From: Gracilinanus agilis
Lineage: Eukaryota
NCBI RefSeq assembly: GCF_016433145.1
Contig: NC_058131.1
Location: 318,124,280 to 318,188,279, forward strand
DNA length: 64,000 nt
Direction of reading: 5' to 3'
Shown: positions 22,316 through 36,560 of the stretch, piece after piece
Numbering within the stretch: the stretch's first letter is position 1
How the letters are laid out: every line of letters starts with the position of its first letter
Position numbers and translations under genes: made by a program
Notes under the pieces: generated by a model
The model's database searches: none
What the model was told of the DNA's origin: nothing
What the model saw: the letters and a program-made list of their open reading frames with translations, nothing else

Positions 22316-25306
22316 GTGAGTCAATCAAGTTCTAGTGATAGCATGTTAGTTATAAAATACTAGGCCCAGGACTCCTTTCTTTTTACTGTGTGTTTTGTGT
22401 CTTGCTTTATTTTATTTTATTTCCTTTACACAGTTTGTATTTAGTCTTTCTTTTCTTTTGAGGTTGTGCATGCTAGTAAGGATCTGGTGCTATGAATAGA
22501 AACAAGAAGAAAACTGCATGAATGGACGCTCTGTGGAAAGTAATAAATCCTGCAGAAAAAAAAATCAAGATTTCCAAGGTCTCTGGTGGGAGGTTCATGT
22601 ATGTTATATATCCTAGGATATCTGCTTTTGTGGAGGGGGGTTTTTGAAGACACCTTTTTTCCTTTTTTTCTTTTCAAAATTTTTTACCTCCCTATACACC
22701 GAGTTATTTAGTTTTGAATGAATTTACTATGCCATATTTTTGCCATATAATCTGTTCAAAGTATAGTCCTGGCATATAAATGATTGACTAGATATGTACA
22801 CTTTTGAGGTTTTTATTCAGTCACAGACTTTGAGTGAAAATGCTAGCTCATATTACACAAATCACATAACTGGTCTGGGCCTTAGTTTCCTAATGTGTAA
22901 ATGAGGAAGTTGGATTAGGCAGTCTTTTAAATTTTCTTCCATTTCCAAGGTTTTGTGAGCATATTGGTCATTTGTCCTAGAATAATCATTAAAATTCTTT
23001 GATGCTTTGTTTCCTTATCTATAAAACAGAATATTAATATTTGGCTTACCCTTTCTCCTATGATTATGAAAATCAAATGAAATAATGGGCCTAAAGTGGC
23101 TTGTGAACCATGCAGCAATTTATCAATTATTATAAAAACAGAGGAAAAGTGTGGCACAGCTTACTAAAATGTCATCCTTTGTTATACATTGTGAAATCAA
23201 AGTTTTAGTTTTTTATAAATAAATAAAAGTTTTGGTTTTTCATAAAAATGCCCGCAATTGAACACTTTAAATTGAATAATTATTAGGTATCAAACCAGGT
23301 AATTCACAAAAAAATGCCAAGAAAAACTCAGGAGTCCGTTATATCTCTATGGGATTATTTAATTAGTGAACATAATTATGCTAAAAAATATGTAGGGTAA
23401 GCAGAGCTGCCATTTCTAACTACTTTCCATTGTGTATTCTTGTATTTATGACTAAATCAGAGGAATTTGAAATTTCAGGTTTATTTCTAGAGAGCAATAG
23501 GGACATCTGTTGACCAAGAGTTCCGAACCTAAATATATGTTTCCCATCTGGTTTCTATGTTTAGTTTTACCTTTTAGGATTGAACTGTGAATTTTAACAG
23601 TGATTCCATGCTAAGCAATTTAAGTACATGCCCTGATCGTCTGTTCTGGTTAATTAAATTTCAGACATTTGAGTTGCCAAGAAATAGCTATATCTATTTG
23701 TTTGTTTTTAGATTTGGAGTTGTAATTACTCTGGGTTTTTTTTTCTTTCTGATTTTGTTTTATTTTTAAAGAGTAGAAAAAGAAGGCTGGTAGTTTCTTT
23801 TGAGACAGTATTTTAAAAAGAATCAAAACAAAGAACTAAGTTGAATTTATGTAATGAAAAAATAGACTATGCCTATGCACAAATTGAAAAATGATCTTCT
23901 AATGCACAAACATTCTTTTATTTTGTTTTAAAACAGCTAAGTGTTGTAGGGTTGGATTTTGTAAGTCAGAAAGGCCTGAGTTCAAATCCTGCCTCAGTTA
24001 CTAGCTATAAAAAGGAGATAATAATAGTATCAGCCTTACAAGGTTGTTGTAAAGACCAAATTAGATATATGTAAGGAACTTTGTAAACCATAAAGTGTTA
24101 TATAACTGCTAGATATTATTATGAGTAGTAGTACTAGTGAACTGTTGCATTAGCTAATTGGAGTCTTTGTATCTCTAGTACTTTATTTAAAATTTTTTTC
24201 TCTATTAGGAGCTTACATAGTAATACACATGTGCATTTCCATATACAAAGAAGAATGGGAAAAATATTCTTGACTTCAGTTAAAAATAAATTATAAAGAT
24301 GCAGTTTGGGGAAGATGTAGCTTGATAGTAAGCAGTTCATGTATAAAAAAAGTATTCAAAACTTAGGGACTTAAGTTGAGGTGATGAATTATCCATCCCC
24401 ATATATTTAAGCAGATGCTGAATGTTGATGTATCAGGTATGTTGTAGAGCATATTTCCTAATTAGATAGAAACATGACTTAGAGGATATCTAATGAAGAC
24501 TAAGGATCATTTCAGAAAAAAGAGATTTCATGAAATTATTTGACCTGTGTTTTCAACATTTTCTAACCTGCTCTATTCAACATTCTTGTTAGGTAGTAGC
24601 TTGCTACGTGTTTAAGTAATGCCATTTGTAGCAGTAGACTATTTATTGGGAGGAAAATGAAATATTCTGAACTATTCTTTTATGGAGGGGGTTTGTTTTG
24701 TCTTCTTTTCTTTCCTTTTGAAAGAAGAACCTCCTTTGAAGAACTGAAATATAGTGAGAAAGATGGATCCTTGCCAAGAAATGACTTGGATCTTTGTCAA
24801 AATAGACATAATTATCTACACAGCTTCATTTTTTAAAGCATTTGGCTCATCATTGCAGACAGCTGCAGCCTGCTCATAATTTCTGACTTTCAGGAAAACT
24901 ACTAAAAAGTTAAAACTTTTAATGGCAAGAGGTGATTTAAGAAGACTGAAATATACAACAGATGTTATATAATTGAATGTTATTGTGTCACAGCTATGTA
25001 ACTTATGGACTGATGGCTTTGAGATACATAGGATCAAACATCTAGAGCTGGAAGGAACTTTGAAGGCCATCCAGTCCAACTTCCCTATTTTATGAATGAG
25101 TAAACTGAGAATTAGGAAAGTTAAATGACTCACCAACTCATTTAACCTTGACTTTTGAAAGCATCAGAGGCAGGCTTGGGTCCTTTGCCCTGCAGCCATT
25201 GCCACACTGACTTTGCCCTGTTCTTGAGTATCTCCAAAGCTGGAAATTTATAGAACCTGTAAAGAAGGAAAAATTTCCCCTTCCTACTGTTTTCCAGTTG
25301 ATATAA

Positions 25307-25334
25307 ACACACACACACATACATATATACATAC

Positions 25335-25365
<31 letters not shown>

Positions 25366-25770
25366 CCCTTACCTTCCTTCCATCTTGGAATCAATACTGT
25401 ATATTAGTTCTAAAGCAGAATAGTAGTAAGGGCTAGCCAGTTGGGGTTAAGTGACTTGCCCAGGGTCACACAGCTAGGAAGTGTCTGAGGCCAGATTTGA
25501 ACCTAGGACCTTCCGTCTCTTGGGCCTGACTCTCAATGACTCTCAATCCACTGAGCCACCCAGCTGCCCTCTTCAGTTGACTATGTAGATTTTTCCCTTT
25601 TTTAACTCTTACCTTCTGTCTTAGAATCAGAAGACTGGTAAGGATGAGGTAATGGAGATTAAATGACTTGCCCAAGGGTCACTCAGCTAGGAAGTGTCTG
25701 AGGCCAGATTTGAATCCAAGAATTCCTGACCTGGCTCTCAATCTACTGAGCCACCTATAGCTGCCTCTCC
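25307..25770 (-). mobile_element. Two tandem SINE1_Mdo-like SINEs; the first has a (CA)/(TA)n microsatellite at its tail
   Basis: Family sequence at 25362-25570 and 25600-25770; microsatellite at 25307-25352. Confidence 0.85.
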
Positions 25771-26811
25771 TCCCCTTTTAATTCTTAAAGCACCAAATTA
25801 GTTCATTTTGTCCAATTGAAAATGAGGCCTGTGATGATTCCATCCACTTTTTTTTCAACCTGTACCTTCTGTCTTAGAATTGATACAAGTTCAAATCTTA
25901 TACTTGGTAATATAGATACTTAATAGAGATTCTAATATAGAGGGTAGGGGGTATTTAAAAATAATAGATACAATATATCCTCCTAGGGGTGTTTGTGTTG
26001 CCTTTAATCCTTTGTGATCCTTTTTTATTTCCAGGGCATTAATAATGTTTGCTACTTTTTTTTGTAATAATGCGTTTCATTTCATAATACTCTACAAAAC
26101 TTTTGTATCTATGTTAGGTTAATTAAACTAGGCTGCTCTTATCGTTTTAACATTTAATTTATGGCAAGCTAATTAAGCAGACACAGTCCACTAGAATGCA
26201 TACCTTGAATTACATTAGTGCAAAGTAATGTAAACATATGATGTCTTTTCCCTGAATATTATTTTGTTAGGTTTTTGGGAAAAGGAGGGCAGGAGTTGAG
26301 TATGATCTATACTACTTTAATTAAATGTAATTTAAGAAATTATGTTCTGCCCTCTTCTGTCCATATGTTAAATTAGCTTTCTGTGAATGTTTTAAAGTTT
26401 TGTTTGGAATTTGGGTTTGAATATGATTTGTATTGTTTTCTGAACCAGGCTAACTGCCATAGTACAAAGAAACATGGTCTTTTTTTTTTTTTTAATGAAT
26501 ACTATAGCTTCTTGTTATCTTTGTGAGAAGCCATAGGTAAAGAAATGAAACAAAATCTATTCACCCAAAGGATTCTGCTTTTATAATAAATTATGTCATT
26601 GGCTTATAGCAATCCAAGTTAAACAGATTTTAATGTATGTGATATAATGCAAAGGCAGTGTTCTTACATACAGCAATGTATGTTTGTAGTACTTCTCTAG
26701 TAATTTGCTGAGAAAATAAAGTAGAAAACTACCTTTCTGATAATTTTGGTTTTTGGAAATGTGCAATTAAACAATGGTTAATCTTTATCTCCTACCAACA
26801 CATTGTTTGCC

Positions 26812-27759
26812 TGTGTTATGGAATAAAAAGAAAGTATATATGAGAAGGGCTGCTAATCAAATGAGGCTAGTACTTGAGGGCACAGGGTGGTATAAGCTGG
26901 GTCTTTTAGGCAGGGAGGCTATCTCTACAATATAAGATGAATTGGCTCAGCCAGAGATTGTATGGTTCTGGCTGAAGGTTTTATTCAGCCTCCTGCTGTT
27001 TTCTAAGCTCCCTTGAGGGGGAGGAGTAAAGAGCCCCTCCCTTCTGGAGAACAAATTCCAGGGTACAGGAAGAGGAATTCTGGCCACTTCCTGCCCAAGA
27101 TGGATGCCTGTTTAGCCCTCAAGAAATAAAAGGAAAGTTAGTCTTCCCTCTTCAGCCTTTGCCCTAGTAATCAGTACAATAATTCATTAGAAGCTCTTTG
27201 TATAAATGCCAAAGGGGTTTATTATTGCCAGGGGTAAGCTGAGGGAAAAAGGGGTTGAGGTCTGGCAACTGCTACTAGGGGAGAAGCTGGTGCTGGGGAA
27301 GGGTCACAGAAGAGAGGGTCAGACTGAGGGAGGCTGGCTCCCTCAATCAGGGATAATTTCACTGCCCTGAGGTAATAAGGTTCAGCAGATTATTAGATTT
27401 AGTGATGGCTTGATTTAAGTTGTTCCTGCCTGCCTACAGAAGCTAGTTCCCATGATCTCCACCCACCAAAATATCCTCTTCCCATGGGGAATGGGAAATC
27501 CAGGGAATAGCAGGATATCGAGGGAGAGGTCAAGGGAAATCAGGCAAAACCCAAAATGCCCCAAAAGCAAAAGGCCTCTCAGTTGGTTCTGCAGGAATAT
27601 TTATACCCCCAGGCTCCAACGGTTTTGCCATGGTGCCAGGGTCAACATTCTATTCCTTCCAACTGCCAGGGCTGCTACAGTTGGCTTGCAAAAACAAGAG
27701 CTTTTGCTGCAAACCTGCATTACACCTGACAATGTTTTTAAATGTATCTCCCATTGACA
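26812..27759. mobile_element. Probable solo LTR or nested LTRs
   Basis: GC-elevated block bounded by TG...CA in an AT-rich intron, with LTR-like composition; no TSD confirmed. Confidence 0.4.
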
Positions 27760-27999
27760 AATGAGCAAATCTTAAAATGGAAGCCATTCTTGTTTGAAAG
27801 CAGGTATTTAAGGTTTTCCTTGGTTGCACTTCATGATATTGCTGCCTGCAGGACAGACACGAAGTTTAATAGACATGTATCCCAAAAGAAATATCTCACA
27901 TTTTCATACTTGTAAAAATGGCATTTCTTTATGCCATTGAATTTACCAAAGCATATTTTTTTACTCTAAAGCACAAGATTACCCAAACTAACTCTTTTG

Positions 28000-30860
28000 T
28001 AAAATATTTTATTTTTCCCCAATTATATTTAAAAACAATTCTTAACATTCATTTCCTTTAAAAATTTGAGTTCCAAATTCCCTTCTTCCTTCCCACCCTC
28101 CTCCTGCTCTCCTTTCCATACTCTTCACCTCTGAAAATAGTAAGCACTCTCATATAAATTTTACTTGTTCAATCACGTAAAATATTTATCCATATTAATC
28201 ATTTTGTGGAAGAGATCTCAAACAAAATGAAAAGAAGAAGAAAGAAAGTGAAATATAGTGTGTTTCAGTCTGCATTCAGACTACATCAGTTCCTTCTTGG
28301 AAGATAGATGGTATTTTTCAACATGAGTCTCTGGATTATTGCAATTGTGGAGAATAACTAGGTTATTCACAGTTTTTCATCAAAAAATATTGTTTTCATT
28401 GTGTACAATGTTCTTCAGGTTCTATTCACTACGCTTTGTATTAGTCTATGTAAATCTTTCCAGTTTTTTCCAAAATCATCCTGCTTGTCATTTCTTACAG
28501 CACAATAGTATTCCATCATAATCATATACCAAAACTTGTTTAGCCATTCCCTATTTGATGAATATTCTCTCAATTTCTAATTCTTTACCATCATAATGGT
28601 ATTGAAAGACCAAAAGGTATGCAGTTTTAGAGCCCTTTAGGCACTGTTCCAAATTGTTATCCAGGTTAGTTGGATCAGATCACAAGTCCACCAACAGTGT
28701 ATAAGGGTCCCAAATTTACCACATCACCTCCAACATTTATTTTCCTTTTCTGTCATGTTGACCAATTTGATGGGTATGAGGTAGTACCTCAGAGTTGATC
28801 CAGACCAACTTTTTTAAAAAATCATTACCTACCTTCCATCTTTGAATCAATACGGTACATTGGTACCAAAGCAGAAAAGTGGTAAGAGCTAGGCAATGGA
28901 GGTTAAGTGGCTTGTCTTGGTCACAAGTCTGGGAAATGACTGAAACCAGATTTGAATCCAGGACCTCCCATTTTTAGGCCAGGCTCTCAATCCATTGAGC
29001 TACACAGAGCAGTCCTCCAAAACAGCTCTTAATGCAATATGAAAAATAGTTACCCCATTATTATGCTAGTTTCAGGAAATAACCATACTCTCAATATAAG
29101 CTTTCAGTGTTATTTGTATAGTTTTACTTTTTATTGCTAAATTTGTATTACTATGCATGTGAGTATTACAGATAGAAATCTTTTAAAAATTTGTATTTAT
29201 TTCTTTTGTTTTTATATTACCTGCTTTCCCAGCATGCAAAGGTGGGGTAGGGAAATAGTTTAGCAAAAGTATCTGATATTATTTAAGTCCAGCTGAACTA
29301 AGGTAGTTCCACACCCAAGATATCCTTCCTCCATTGCAAAGACTAGAAAATGGTGCATTCACATACTTTTTTGGGTGGAGTCAGGCTTTGTTATTATAAT
29401 TTCAAAGTTTCTTTTGATTTGTTATTTCCATTTCCATTGTTGAAATCATTGAGTATGTTATTTTCCTGATTCTCTTACTTCATTTTTGTCTTCCTTCATA
29501 TAAATAATACCACATTTTTCTATATTTGTAATTTTAATAATTTCTTATGGCATCATTATATTCATTTACTGAATGTGTTTGGCCATTTCTCAATTTAATA
29601 GACATTTAATTTATTTCCAGCTCTTTGCTACCACATACACAAAAATGCCGCTATAAATAATTTGACATGTGTGGAGCTTTTCCCCCCTGCATTTGATATC
29701 CTTAGGGTAAATGCCTAGGAATAGGATGTCTAGGTCAAAGAAAATGGACCTATACATCACTTTCTTAATATAATTCCAAGTTACTTTCTCAAATAGGACA
29801 ATATTAATTCACAGCCCCACCAAGAATTTCTATGTCCTCTCCAGTATTTAATATCATAATAATAATATTAAATAGCATTTATATAAGCACCTCTAAGTTT
29901 GCAAAGTACTTTAAAAAAATCTCATTTTACCCTCACAACATCTTGGGAGATAGGTGTCATTATTGTTCCCATTATACAGATGAAATTTAGAAAGACAGAG
30001 ATTAAATGACTTGCCCGGGGTCATACAACTAGTAAGTTTTGAGACAGAATTTGAACTCAGGTCTTCCTAATACCAGATCTAGCACTATCCATTCTGACAC
30101 TTAGCTTCTTTAGCATTTCTCAACTCTTATCATCTTTGCCAACTTATTGGGTGTCAAATTTGTATTTTGCTTGTTATTAGTAACTTGGAGACTTCTTTAT
30201 TACGGTTGTTAAAAACTTGAGATTCTTCACTGAAAACTGTTTCCTCTTATCCTTTACCACTTGCCTATTGGGAAATGGCTTTTCTTCTTACCATTTTTGT
30301 TAGTTGTGTATATATCTTGAATAGCAAACCTTTATTAGAGATAATTGATGCAAACACTTTTCCCAATCAGTGGTTTCCTTTATCCTAATTGCTTTAATTT
30401 TGTTCTTGTGAAAGTCTTTTAACTTCATATAATTTAAGATATCTGATCACATCTCTTATTTTTAATTTTTTCTAACATTTTCATTTTTTAACTCAATTAC
30501 ATGAAAAAACAATTTTTAACCTTCATTTTTTTAAAAGTTTAAGCCAAGTTCGTGCCCTTCCTTCCCTCCCCCTCCCTGATACGGTAAGCAATCTAATATA
30601 GATTTTGCATGTATAATAGTGTGAGACATCTTTCTATATTAGTCCTTTTGTGACAGAGAATTCAAATATATGAAAGAAAAGTTATGAAATAAAGTGATTT
30701 ATAGTATGTCTCAGCCTGCATTCAGATTCCATCAGTTCTTTTTTTCAAGGCAGATGGCATTTTCATCATAACTCCTTGAGGATTTTCTTGGATCACTGTA
30801 TTGCTATGAATAGCTAAGTCATTCATAAATGTTCATCATAAACCATTCACCAGTTAACAA
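28000..30860 (-). mobile_element. Cluster of old antisense L1 3' fragments with embedded SINE1 (28820-29010) and MIR (29860-30110)
   Basis: Reverse-complement similarity to the L1 at 20520-22080; SINE and MIR core motifs. Confidence 0.6.
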
Positions 30861-31083
30861 AAAGGTTTACTTAGAGCAGGATGAGGATATGTAAGCATTG
30901 AGGACACCTCAATTGATTTAGCTGACTGAAACTCCTTTGCCTGCATCACCCATTGTGATCCACACTTTAAGCCTTCAGTTGACATTCCTTTAGCTCCTCA
31001 TGATTACTTTGTACTCAGGCAATAAGGAACTGACATCAACAACCTTTAATTCCCTGAATCAACCTATTCTCAAAGAACATCTT

Positions 31084-31360
31084 TATATATATGTATACAT
31101 ACATATATATATATGTATACATATATATATATGTGTATATATATATATATATATTTTTTTTTAAATAAACCCTTAACTTCCGTCTTGGAGTCAATACTGT
31201 GTATTGGCTCCAAGGCAGAAGAGTGGTAAGGGTAGGCTATGGGGGTCAAGTGACTTGCCCAGGGTCACACAGCTGGGAAGTGTCTGAGGTCATATTCCAA
31301 CCTAGGACCTCCCGTCTCTAGGCCTGGTTCTCAATCCACTGAGCTACTCAGCTGCCACCA
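31084..31360 (-). mobile_element. SINE1_Mdo-like SINE with (TA)n/(TACA)n tail
   Basis: Family sequence 31165-31360 preceded by a microsatellite and T-run. Confidence 0.88.
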
Positions 31361-32794
31361 TCTTAATATTTTTAAGGAAAATAGCCTAATTTGCATAGAG
31401 GTATAGATTAAAACACCTTTTTTTGCTCCTGTCACAGATAGGTTATCCTCTGCAGGTCTTCTTATAAGACTTGAATAACTACTTTTTGTGGATCATAAAC
31501 TCAAGCAGAAGAATAGGAATAAGTATTTATGTAGTACCTACTAAGAGCCACGGATTTCATCCTTACAATATCTCTGCAAAGTAGGTGCTGTTATTCCAAT
31601 TTTACAGTTTAGGAAACTGAGTTAAACAGAGGCTAAGTCACTTGCCCAAGGCTCTATCCATTGGGCTACCTTATTGCATTAGAACAAGTATCTTCTGGAG
31701 ATGATTAATATTATATTATTTGCATTTAGTTATATTAGTAAATTTTAATTATATTAGTTAACTTATATGAATGAACTAGTTAGTAAAATTACTTACATTT
31801 GGGCCTGGGCTTCTGGTAATTCAGATTCATTAGAGGCTGAGTACTTGCCACATATCTGGGGTATGTTCTGGATACATCATTTTGAGATGCTGTGGTTTTG
31901 CTTTGGCTCAAGTTTTCTGTGTTTGGAGTGATCTCCTTGTGGAAGCATAGCCCCGCTATAGTCATCATAGGCCCCTGGACAGTAGGGATCCCTGATAAAG
32001 TGATTTTTCTGCTGTTTTAAGGATGAGGTATCCCTTCCAAACTCTACCAAGGCCAGCATATCTTTTTGTGCTTGATTATCTATTCCTGCCCTTCTTCTAA
32101 GAGCTTGACCCAGTTCCCTTCCTTACTTTTTCTCTTCTAATCATCTCTGTCCCTCTTGGTTACAAATATGCCTTATCCTTGAAATACCTTCAGTTGACCC
32201 AGTGATATCATTATCATCCCACGACTCCTTCCTTTGGGGCCAAATTTTGACAAAGAGTCTTCTGTACTTTTTGATTCCAATTCCTCACTAACCCTCATTT
32301 CTCAGCCCCTTGTAATCTGACTTCACCTCACAATGGAAAATGCTCTCAAGGCCAACAGTAATCCTTTAATGGCTAAATCAATGGCCTTTTCTCATCCCTA
32401 CTCCTACTTGATGCCAATGAAGCTTGCCATCCACCTTCCCTTTCTCCTAGATACATGTTCTTGTTTTTGATGACATTCATTGCTTTCCTGACTGCTCCTT
32501 TTTAAGATTCTTTTCTGGCTTGCCCTCCAGTTGGAAAGGACTTCAGAAACTATATAGACCAAGAATATAATTTTTCTTATTCAATGAGTTGAGTTGTTTG
32601 AATTGTATTCTTTAATAGTCAAGTATGCTTTGGTAAATATAGTGGTATAGAAGAATGCTGTCATGTTTATATGTGAGAAGAAACAATCCGAGTTTTATTT
32701 CCTTTGAGTACATTTCCAGAAGACAGAAAATTTCCTCTCAAAATATATAATGTTGGAGAGGCAAGATTGTTGTTCCTGTTTGACCTTCATTTTT

Positions 32795-33240
32795 TGGAGG
32801 GCCAGTGGGACATCACAGGTTGAGATCTTAACTTGCATATGAATTGGATTTAAGTGAGGCAGGATGGCACAAAGTTGTCAGCCTCACACTTTCTTCTGGA
32901 ATCAATGAAGTCCAATGGCAAAACAATTCAGGGCAACTGGCAGTGGTCAGTGGATGACCCTGCCATCTTTGATGTCTGACCAAGCTCTAGGTGCTCCATA
33001 GCACCTACTTCAGCTATCTTCATAGCCACTCCATTCTACCTGGAGAAATCTTCACATGCTTGCAGTAGATATCCCCCTAACTCACCGAACAGGTTTGTAG
33101 CCCATCAGTTACCTTCCTTAACCTGGTTCAGCCCATCTGGCTAGATGGTTTTATTCAAGTGTGACTACTTGACATGCTACAGCTTCTTAGAGCCACAAGT
33201 GAGAATTGGGTGACAAGTAGACACCAAAGTTGTATAAGCA
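32795..33240 (-). mobile_element. RTE-related marsupial repeat (RTE 5' region or RTE-derived SINE)
   Basis: Recalled similarity to marsupial RTE/WALLSI-type sequence (gaattggatttaagtgagg..., catgctacagcttcttagagccaca). Confidence 0.5.
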
Positions 33241-36036
33241 AGGTATACTGGCAGTGGGTGAGTTGGAGTCTTTAAGCAGAGTACTTCCATTTTGTTAAAA
33301 GCAATGCATCTTATAAATTCCTGACTTATTTTTCATAACAATTTCATCTCATAGAAGATAGAGAAACCAGTGACTGAAATTGCTTCTCTGTATTTCATTC
33401 TGATCAGTTCTGATCAAGGTGAAATGAGTTAGTGAAGTGAAAATGATTGGGACTCCTTGGAATCTTAGAAGTGATTACAATAACATTTCCTAATTGTGTG
33501 ACCCTGGGCAAGTCACTTAACCTCCATAACCTAGCCCTTACCGCTCTTCTGCCTTGGAACCAAAACACAGTATTGATTCTAAGACAGGAGACAAGGTATT
33601 AAAAAAGTGGGAGTGGCTTATAATAGAAAAGGAAAAAAATGCTTGGCATAGTTAGTCATAAATCCTAGGCTTTAAAGTAACCAGACTAACATATCAAAAA
33701 AATCAAAGAATAGTTGAATTTTATTCCCTGGCTAGAGACTCTCAAAGTGAAGATGCCTTAAGAAGAGTAGGAGGCTCTCAAAAATGAAACTGTGAGAAAA
33801 ATTTTTAAATAATCAAAATGATTGATCCTAAAATAAATTTAAGTGATTACTGGAACTTTTTAATTTTCAAACTACACATACAAAAGATAGATGAATATGA
33901 AGAAGTAGCATGGCCCTAAGTTAAAACAGAAGGAGACAAATGGAAGACAGTTGAGATACATTCTGTTTGACTCCAGAACAGAACTAGGAACAACAGATAG
34001 AAGTTGAGGAGTCACATTTGAGCCCCTTGAAACTTTCCAATAATTGGAATTAAACAGAAGGAGGGGCCACTTCTGGAGGAAATAAGTTCTTCATTATAAA
34101 TCTTCAAGATGAGCTTAGATGATTACTTCAGTGAGAATTTGAAAAGGGGTTTTTATCTATATATGTGGAGAGCATCCCTGTACAAGAAAATGAATTCATC
34201 AAACTAGTTCCTAAAGCAAGAGAAGAACATGGAAGGAATGTGCCTATTATTGTGTCAGTGTTAGGAGTCAGGACATTATCCAAGTTTCTGAATTCCTAGA
34301 CCTGCCTTTTAGGGAGTAATTAGATTTCTGGATGCATTATGTCAGTTTAGAGGATTTTTGTTTTCTTTTCAAATTCTCACCACACCACATGGGCCTTTTG
34401 TATCCCCTATATTTTCTTAGGGATGGAAAAGATCTAGGAAATCTTACCCCCTTCTGTATATATTCCCTACCTTTTGACTCAGAATCTGTAGATCTCCCCT
34501 TAAGGCTAATGCAACCTGTGTTCATATAGCCAAAATGATTTCCAAGGGTCCTTCAGTACTTGATTTTAAGGCTCTGGTGCAACTTACTTGAGAAATCCCC
34601 AACTATTTTCTTCTGACCCTGGTCTGGTTTTGGATTTACTCACCCTAGCCATAAAACTTGAATCACTAATACCTGCTTTATCTTCCTCCTCTTCCTCTGG
34701 GCACCTCTGTGATCCTGTTTACTACTGTTGTTGGACTCTGCCCCATTTGCCTGGTATATCATCAACTACCTGTCACCTGTTTTCCTGCAGCCAGGACTAC
34801 TCTATCAAAACCCAAATTTATTCTGCTTCCCATCAACGAATCATTATCAGGTTCAAGTATATCCATCACCTGCATCAGCTGTTGTCACCTGATCCTCCAC
34901 CACTGGTCATTATGAACAGTACACTGATGCAGCTCGCCACCTGCTGGCCATTTTTTTCCCTTTCATGCTCTACTTTGCTGAAAGGAAGCTGAGAGGGCTA
35001 CATTTTGAGGCAAAGGATCTCAGTTAGAATTCTGGCTTTACTACTTAGTAACTCTATGAGTTACTATGAGCAAGGCACTTAACCTCTTTGGGACTAAGTT
35101 TCCTCATCCCTAGAAAAAGAGATTGGCCAGATGGTAAGGTTTCCTCCTTCTGTGGCTCTATGATCCTATTTAGTGCTATCAGATGTCAAAGGGGAAAAGA
35201 AGATATTGTAGTCAAATGAGTTCTAGATTTTGGAGTGAGAAGATGTGATAATAGGTTCCAGTCCATTTATTAATTGGAAGGCTCAGCAAATCACTTAACT
35301 TCCCTGATCTGCAGCTTCATTATTGATAAAATGATGATTCGCACCTTCCCAGTTGGTTGCTTCTCACAAAGTTATTGTGAGGGAAAAGCAGCAATATAAA
35401 CTTGAGTATTTAGAGACATTGCAGCATTAAGGAGATCCCAATCATTTTACATGCCCCATGATCCCCATGTACTTTTCAGACTAGTGTCACTGGCCTCCTT
35501 GCTGTTGCTCACACATGATCCTTCATCTCAACTCAGGGCATTTTCTCTGACTGTCCCTTCTGTCCTGAATGCTCTTCTTCCTCATCTCTGCCTCCTAGCT
35601 TCCTTGGCTTCTTTCAAGGGCTAGAAAAATTCTACCCTCTGCAGGAAGCCTTTCCTGATTCTCCTTAATTCTATTGTCTTCCCTCTGTTGTTTATTTCCA
35701 ACTTACCTTGTTTGTACATAGTTCTTTGCACATTGTCTCCTTCTGTCTCCACTAGACTGAATCATCTTAACAGAGCAGGGATTGCCTTTTGCTTTTCTTG
35801 GTATTCTCAGTGCTTAGCAGTGTCAGGCGCATAGGTGCTTAAGAAATGTTTATTGACTGACTTGGACAATCAGAAGGACTGAGTTCCAAAACAATTCTAC
35901 CTTTCTAGGAAAATAATATTAAGTAAAATCACTTAATCTCTATGCCCAAATGTATTCATTTGCAAAAAGGATATAATGATACTTTTACTACTTCCCTCTT
36001 TGAATTGTAATGAAGATCTTTTATCAGCCTTGAAAT

Positions 36037-36188
36037 NNNNNNNNNNNNNNNNNNNNNNNNNNNNNNNNNNNNNNNNNNNNNNNNNNNNNNNNNNNNNNNN
36101 NNNNNNNNNNNNNNNNNNNNNNNNNNNNNNNNNNNNNNNNNNNNNNNNNNNNNNNNNNNNNNNNNNNNNNNNNNNNNNNNNNNNNNNN
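36037..36188. other. Assembly gap (152 N)
   Basis: Run of N. Confidence 1.
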
Positions 36189-36384
36189 GCATTCTGCAGC
36201 TAATAGTCATAGGTTCATAGATCAAGCTGGAAGATATCTTAGAGATCATTTAGTCCAATCCTCTCATTTTGCAAATGGGAAAACTGAGGTCTAAAAAGAT
36301 TGAATGACTTGCCCTGGCTTCCACACAGTAAGAAGCAGAACCAATGAAAAATAGTACAGATGAGATTTTTTTTTAATTTTTTTT

Positions 36385-36560
36385 TAAACCCTTAACTTCT
36401 GTGTATTGACTTATAGGTGGAAGATTGGTAAGGGTAGGCAATGGGGGTCAAGTGACTTGCCCAGGGTCACACAGCTGGGAAGTGTCTGAGGCCGGATTTG
36501 AACCTAGGACCTTCTGTCTCTAGGTCTGGCTCTCAATCCACTGAGCCACCCAGCTGCCCC
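36385..36560 (-). mobile_element. SINE1_Mdo-like SINE
   Basis: Near-identical to the copies at 5697 and 48640. Confidence 0.9.

Noticed and set aside
24690-24940. Strong pyrimidine tract and AAG acceptor (24724) with a protein-like frame (TSFEELKYSEKDG...)
   Set aside because: The protein-like frame is not the SCAI phase (phase 0 stops at 24737-24739), the donor (gtgatt) is weak, and there is no other support.
34588-34992. 134-aa ORF
   Set aside because: It overlies degenerate L2-like sequence, starts at TTG and has no recognisable domain.
35956-36249. ORFs spanning N runs (also 43039-43386)
   Set aside because: They are artefacts of assembly gaps.
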